A DNA stretch of 63,752 nucleotides, counting the filler, from Hausera hauseri (Eukaryota), in assembly GCA_046269625.1 (NCBI GenBank). It is 10 parts of 10 records of this genome, joined end to end, with 100 filler letters (N's around TTAATTAATTAA, not from the genome) between each part and the next. Parts side by side here need not be neighbours in the genome. Positions count along the whole stretch, not along the records: positions 53,717 to 63,752 come from JBJURY010249958.1; 9 more parts are not named here. The stretch is one strand, 5' to 3'. Positions within the stretch are counted from its first letter, which is position 1; each line of letters opens with the position of its first letter. The notes below the pieces were generated by a model. It was not told the DNA's origin, did not search any database, and worked only from the letters and a program-made list of their open reading frames with translations. Both the position numbers and the translations under genes were made by a program. Positions 59,030 through 63,752 of this stretch are shown one piece after another.

Positions 59030-60065
59030 GCAACGCTAGGCGACGTGTGGTTCGACCCGCCTCATCCCGTCGGGTATACTGTCGTCGACAAGCTGGCAAA
59101 GACTGTAAAATCGACTCGGCAACATACCCAACGTTGGCTCGGGAAACAGTTAGCATACGCCTAAATAAACCGATAAGAATGCGGTTTCCAACTCGTGTAT
59201 ACCGTGATGCCGGTTTAAATAATGCATGGTAAATGGATCTGATAGAAATGATTCCGTACGCCAGCAACAACGATGGGTATCGGTGCGTACTGACATTCGT
59301 TGATGTGTTTAGTCGTTTTGCACGCGAAATTGCCGTGAAATCTAAATCCGGTAAAGAGATTGTCGACGCTGTTCAGACACTGATACAAAAACAACAACAG
59401 TCGAAGCATTTATAAACGGATTTGGGTAATGATTCCTACAACGCCCACGTTGCAGCGGTCTTGAAATGGTTCGGCGTAAACCACTACTAGGTGTTTTTCC
59501 AATACAAGGCTGCACTTGTTGAACAATTTAATCGAATATTGCGCGGTCGCCTAAACAAATTCTTTACGAAACAAGGCAACAAACGCTGTGTACATGTACT
59601 GCCGGATATTATTCATGCATACAATCATTCGACACATCGTAGCATCAATGGAATACGGCCGGTAGATGTAATCGATGATTTGGACATATGATTTTATCAA
59701 AGCTGAACAGAAAGACAGGCAATTAAACGTCCAAAATACAAAATCGGTACTTACATACGTATTTCGAAAATAAAAACAACGCCATTCATTAAGAATTTCA
59801 ATCAGAACTGGAGCGACTAGGTATTACGCATTTCGGTAATCAACACAACACAAACACCTGTCATGTACGTTTTAGAGGATGAAAACGGTTAGGAAATATG
59901 CGGTAAATTCTACGAACAGGAACTGCAAGTACTACCGGAAAAATCTGATGTGTATCGTATTCAGAAAATTCTACATTCACGTGGCAAAGGTTTGAATAAA
60001 CAATATCTCCTCAAGTGGCATGGATACACTACACCGAGTTGGATTTTTGCATCGCAGATAGAGTG
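59030..60065 (+). pseudogene. Maverick integrase with chromodomain
   Basis: MDLIEM, LTFVDVFSRFA, KAALVEQFNR, YNHSTHRSI, FYEQELQ, YLLKWHGY. Confidence 0.88.
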
Positions 60066-61094
60066 ATGGGCATTTATCTGGTACTTGATAATAACAGATC
60101 ATTATCACAACATGACGACAATGACAATACCGCTAAACAGTTTACCATACACTTGGACCAAGCGGTCGATTTACGCCACGGAGCCTGGACGTGGCTTTGA
60201 TGGTATTCACATTTACATTTTCACCAATGACAATACGCCAGAACAGTGGCATTTACTTTACCCGTCAAGAAACGTACCCTATTTCAAGTCGTTTGAGGAC
60301 AATCCGACACAATAACCGATATACTCTTTGCAATTATTCGCAACAACATTTCTCGGTTTATGCTTACTTTTCAAACCACCTTATGAAACGAATGCATCGA
60401 AATCAAATTAAAATGCATGTTAAATCTATAACTGATTTTCAGTCAGCCAATGTACACTAAAAACGCCTACCGCTAGGTGGACATGTTATAATTGGTGAGA
60501 AATTGGACCTTTCATCCAATACAGAATCCGATATTAAAGTAAAGTGGACTAAGTCAAAATCAATATTCCGTTCATATATTATATCACACGATTTTCTAAT
60601 GGAAACGGAACTGGAATTGTGATAACGTCAAGAAAACGGCTACATTAGCTGTAAAGACATGTAAAATAAACGCAGATGGTCATATTTCCCTAACACTACA
60701 TGACAATGTAACATATTTTGCATTTGATGAATTATTGGCTCAAAATCTAGGTTTCTCAAAACGCGAATTCTATCAAACCGTTGTTGGACAATCTATTGTT
60801 GCCAAATACAAACCGCAACTTTATGAAGCATTTCATAGAATCAACATTTTAACGGACTTAACCAAATCCGTACTCGTTCGTGGAGAACGTAAGCAACTAC
60901 TGGCTTCTATCGAACTGGATTCTAACACGTACAAAACATTGGGTGAAACTGTTCGCGTTAATATGCTCAGTCACATGTATTTACCATTGTCACACAATAT
61001 TGTGCACAGTATTTCCGTGTATATGCTTGATGAATTTTGGGAACCCATTAAATTTCTGTTTTCGGCAACGACACATTTGACGTTACATTTTTGA
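60065..61094 (+). pseudogene. Minor capsid (penton-like) protein 1
   Basis: MGIYLVL...NTAKQFTIHL...GAW; C-terminus LLASI...MYLPLSHN...THLTLHF. Confidence 0.7.
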
Positions 61095-61140
61095 CGTTGT
61101 CAATAATAAACGAACTGCAATCATCATTGATATCATTGTG

Positions 61141-62162
61141 AATATGAGTATTTACATGGTGTTGCCGATAACTCCTCCGAACAATTCAGCCAGTGAATAC
61201 GTTGTAGATTGGAAAAATCCTCTGAATTTATCTGGAAAATGGGAAATTCCACTGACGGAATTTAACTTTCCCTACGTACCGGTGACATTGAAAGGTAGTA
61301 TGAAAATAACGTACAACAAGACTGTTATTGAAACCAAAACACATTCTTGTTCCCTGACACTTATTGACAATAAAATAATAGTTGGAGAATCGGTTATTCT
61401 CAGGACCAGTACAAATTGCGGTTTATACGGCAAGATGGGTGTTTTTATTTTAGCGGAAAACTTACATTTCGTGGTAGATTTTGAATTTACTGTCATTTTG
61501 AGTCCTCTGTTACGGCGCAAAAATTTGGATTTAAAAATACAAAGTACAACAGTAAAGATATTAAAAGTGAATATGCAGTTGCCCCAAGATTAAGTCCCAT
61601 ATATTACCAGACAACGGTGAAATTTACCTATACAGCCCCAAGGGTGTCAACGTCATACGTATCGATTGACGACAATGTCTATTGCGAATCTGTAGCACAT
61701 CTCCGTCAACACTTTTCTTCAAATCAAAAGTACAAGGAGATATTTAAAGTTTGAGAGTCAGATGCAAGTAGGTACATTAAATTTTAACAGGCTAAGCATA
61801 TTGTCGACATTTCATTGGATAAAGCTTTGGACATGGCAATGGATATTGTGAAACAGCGGTTGGAGGCGAAGACGGCGGCGGCACATGTTGCAACACTTAA
61901 ACTCACACTGAAAACTGGATTAAGTCAAATGTACATTTACGTGAGTGTCACCGAACAAATTTTTATCGGTGGAGTACGTGTACCGCTACTCCGTGCAGTT
62001 TATCTGGAAAGCAGCAAGTATATTGCTGGCGACAATGTCACTGTCAAGCTCGATACAAACAATGTTGAAGTGAAAATCCGACGTGATGCGGGCTACGTTA
62101 TTGAATTTCCGTACGGTACCGCAACTTCTCTAACTCTTCATTTCCGTCGAAACCACGATTGA
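61141..62162 (+). pseudogene. Minor capsid (penton-like) protein 2
   Basis: MSIYMVLP..NNSASEYVVDWKNPLNLSGKWEIPLTEF; MYIYVS...VPLLRAV...SLTLHFRR. Confidence 0.72.
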
Positions 62163-62344
62163 TTCTGAAATCGTTTCCATTTACAGTAAACCCCAGCAAA
62201 GCGGTGAACTGTAGCATTTCGTTGGTAAACAGTATGGCTCTGGATAATTGCGTAAAATTCGCTGGCAGTGGCTTCAGAAAACGACATAGAGCATCATCGA
62301 CTTCATCAAGTATAAACAAACGTCGTCGTGGTATGATTTTCGAT

Positions 62345-63204
62345 TGGTCGACAGAAAAATCGCATCTGCAAAATCTCATTTGTGTATATTTTACAAAGGC
62401 GCACCACAAGTTGTTATTGACAATGTGGCATTTGAAGAAATCTACCCTGTTGATTCGGTTTCAACGGACGATAATATTGACATTCAATTTAACATTATGG
62501 TATTGGACAATGGATTCCATGATTCGACTCAAACGCAGCGACAATGTCTTTTGTTCGAAAACTCCAGTTGCAAATCTCAAACCCATACTTAAAATTACCG
62601 AGGCACGATTGTACGTACGTTGTGTAAAGGTAAACCATCTGTGCTCATGGGACATTGATTGGGCTTGGAAATACAAAATGCCTGTTACCCATTACAACGC
62701 AGAGAACTCGTCTTTTACACCATACCCAAAGGTTCAACAACGTTTTGCAAGGACACACTGATTGGAGACATGCGATTGCCGAAATTTGTACTCGATACAT
62801 TTCAAACGATTGTTCAACAAACGGCAGTTATACCCCCGATTCGGAAACGTTTACCCATAGCAATATGAATTACAACTGTTTGACTAAAAATGTGGATTTC
62901 GTTGACACACTAGCAGGATTTCGAGAGCGGCAATTATGTTTGCACATATATGCAATCTATCATGCGCAAAATGGGTTTGCTGAACAAAAATATCAACGAT
63001 AGTATATTAATGGATTTGTTCAAGTCCACTTATCCATTCTGCACTTCTGTCCTGGCTCCAAAATATAACGCTGAACAGATTCAACCACCTCAGCAGGGAA
63101 ACCTTCACCTTGCTAAAGCATTTCAGCAGTCTACTGCGATGTACATTTACGGTGTATTTAATGCCGAGGTTGAAATAACGAAAAACAGAACCGTCGTTGT
63201 ATAA
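62345..63204 (+). pseudogene. Major capsid (double jelly-roll) protein remnant with internal deletions
   Basis: EEIYPVDS...IQFNI, LKITEARLYVRCVKV, MRLPKFV, YGVFNAEVEITKNRTV; position between penton and protease. Confidence 0.68.
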
Positions 63205-63237
63205 ATAAAACATTCTTCTTCTTACTCCTCTTTGAAC

Positions 63238-63646
63238 CATGAAGTAATTTATTACCATTAATACTATTATAACTACATCACGTTTTACGTTTACCTAAAC
63301 TGAACTCTGTCACTATGGAAAATTTCTCTTTGGTGTAAAATTCCGCAGTGTGTTTCCGCTGGACTGTGTGCCGCGTGACTTACGACAAAATGGTGGCGGA
63401 TGTTTCATCGTCAATACACATAGTTCGTCGCTACCGGACGAACATTGGATTGCGGTGTACGAACATCCGACCGTCGTCAAGGTATTCGATCCGCTCGGGT
63501 TTTATTATCCGTCATCTTCAGTTTCTCAAATTGAAAGACAATCATATTACCGTGTTGAATATAATCGACTTCATTGTCAGCATCCACTTACGGTATTGAG
63601 TGGACATTACTGCTTCTTGTGGCGTACATTACAGACATTATTGTGA
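63238..63646 (+). pseudogene. Adenain-like cysteine protease
   Basis: VFPLD, FIVNTHSSSLPDEHWIAVY, FDPLG, CQHPLTVLSGHYC (catalytic Cys position reads Ser). Confidence 0.85.
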
Positions 63647-63752
63647 ACGTATTCTGCATTTTTGAATGGATAGACAGATAGACTGTTTTTGTGATTTTAA
63701 AATATACATCTTATTACTTTGCTGTTGCTGTTGTTGTATCATTTCAATATCT

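Larger units (their letters stand above)
53938..63646. mobile_element. Decayed Maverick/Polinton (adintovirus-like endogenous virus), near-complete gene set
   Basis: pPolB, ATPase, integrase, two pentons, MCP and protease on one contig. Confidence 0.92.

Overview
This is not one locus. It is ten separate contigs joined by artificial 100-nt spacers (44 N + TTAATTAATTAA + 44 N) at 6227, 11962, 18288, 23389, 27593, 40104, 45038, 49420 and 53617, so linkage can only be read within a contig. The DNA is AT-rich, repeat-dense eukaryotic sequence, almost certainly from an animal; a flatworm-like host is only a guess. Contents: (1) an intact Ty3/Gypsy gag-pol with a -1 frameshift signal; (2) several decayed Gypsy copies with a CsRn1-like Gag motif; (3) two decayed Maverick/Polinton (adintovirus-like) copies, one carrying dUTPase, a TBP-like gene, ATPase, integrase, capsids and protease; (4) intronless host-gene pseudogenes or fragments (importin-5, TRRAP, CNOT2-like, a kinase) and an intact intronless strawberry-notch ORF; (5) a Tc1 fragment and a MITE. 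Two features stand out. One is a ~343-aa LAGLIDADG intein inserted in motif C of a Maverick-type protein-primed DNA polymerase B (37537-38565). The other is the 3' end of a Gypsy-like element whose integrase reads in-frame into a type-I membrane protein, followed by intact ISG20/REX4-like exonuclease and RING-finger ORFs and an E-box/GC-box tandem array (40204-45037). All family assignments come from motifs recognised by eye; no searches were run.
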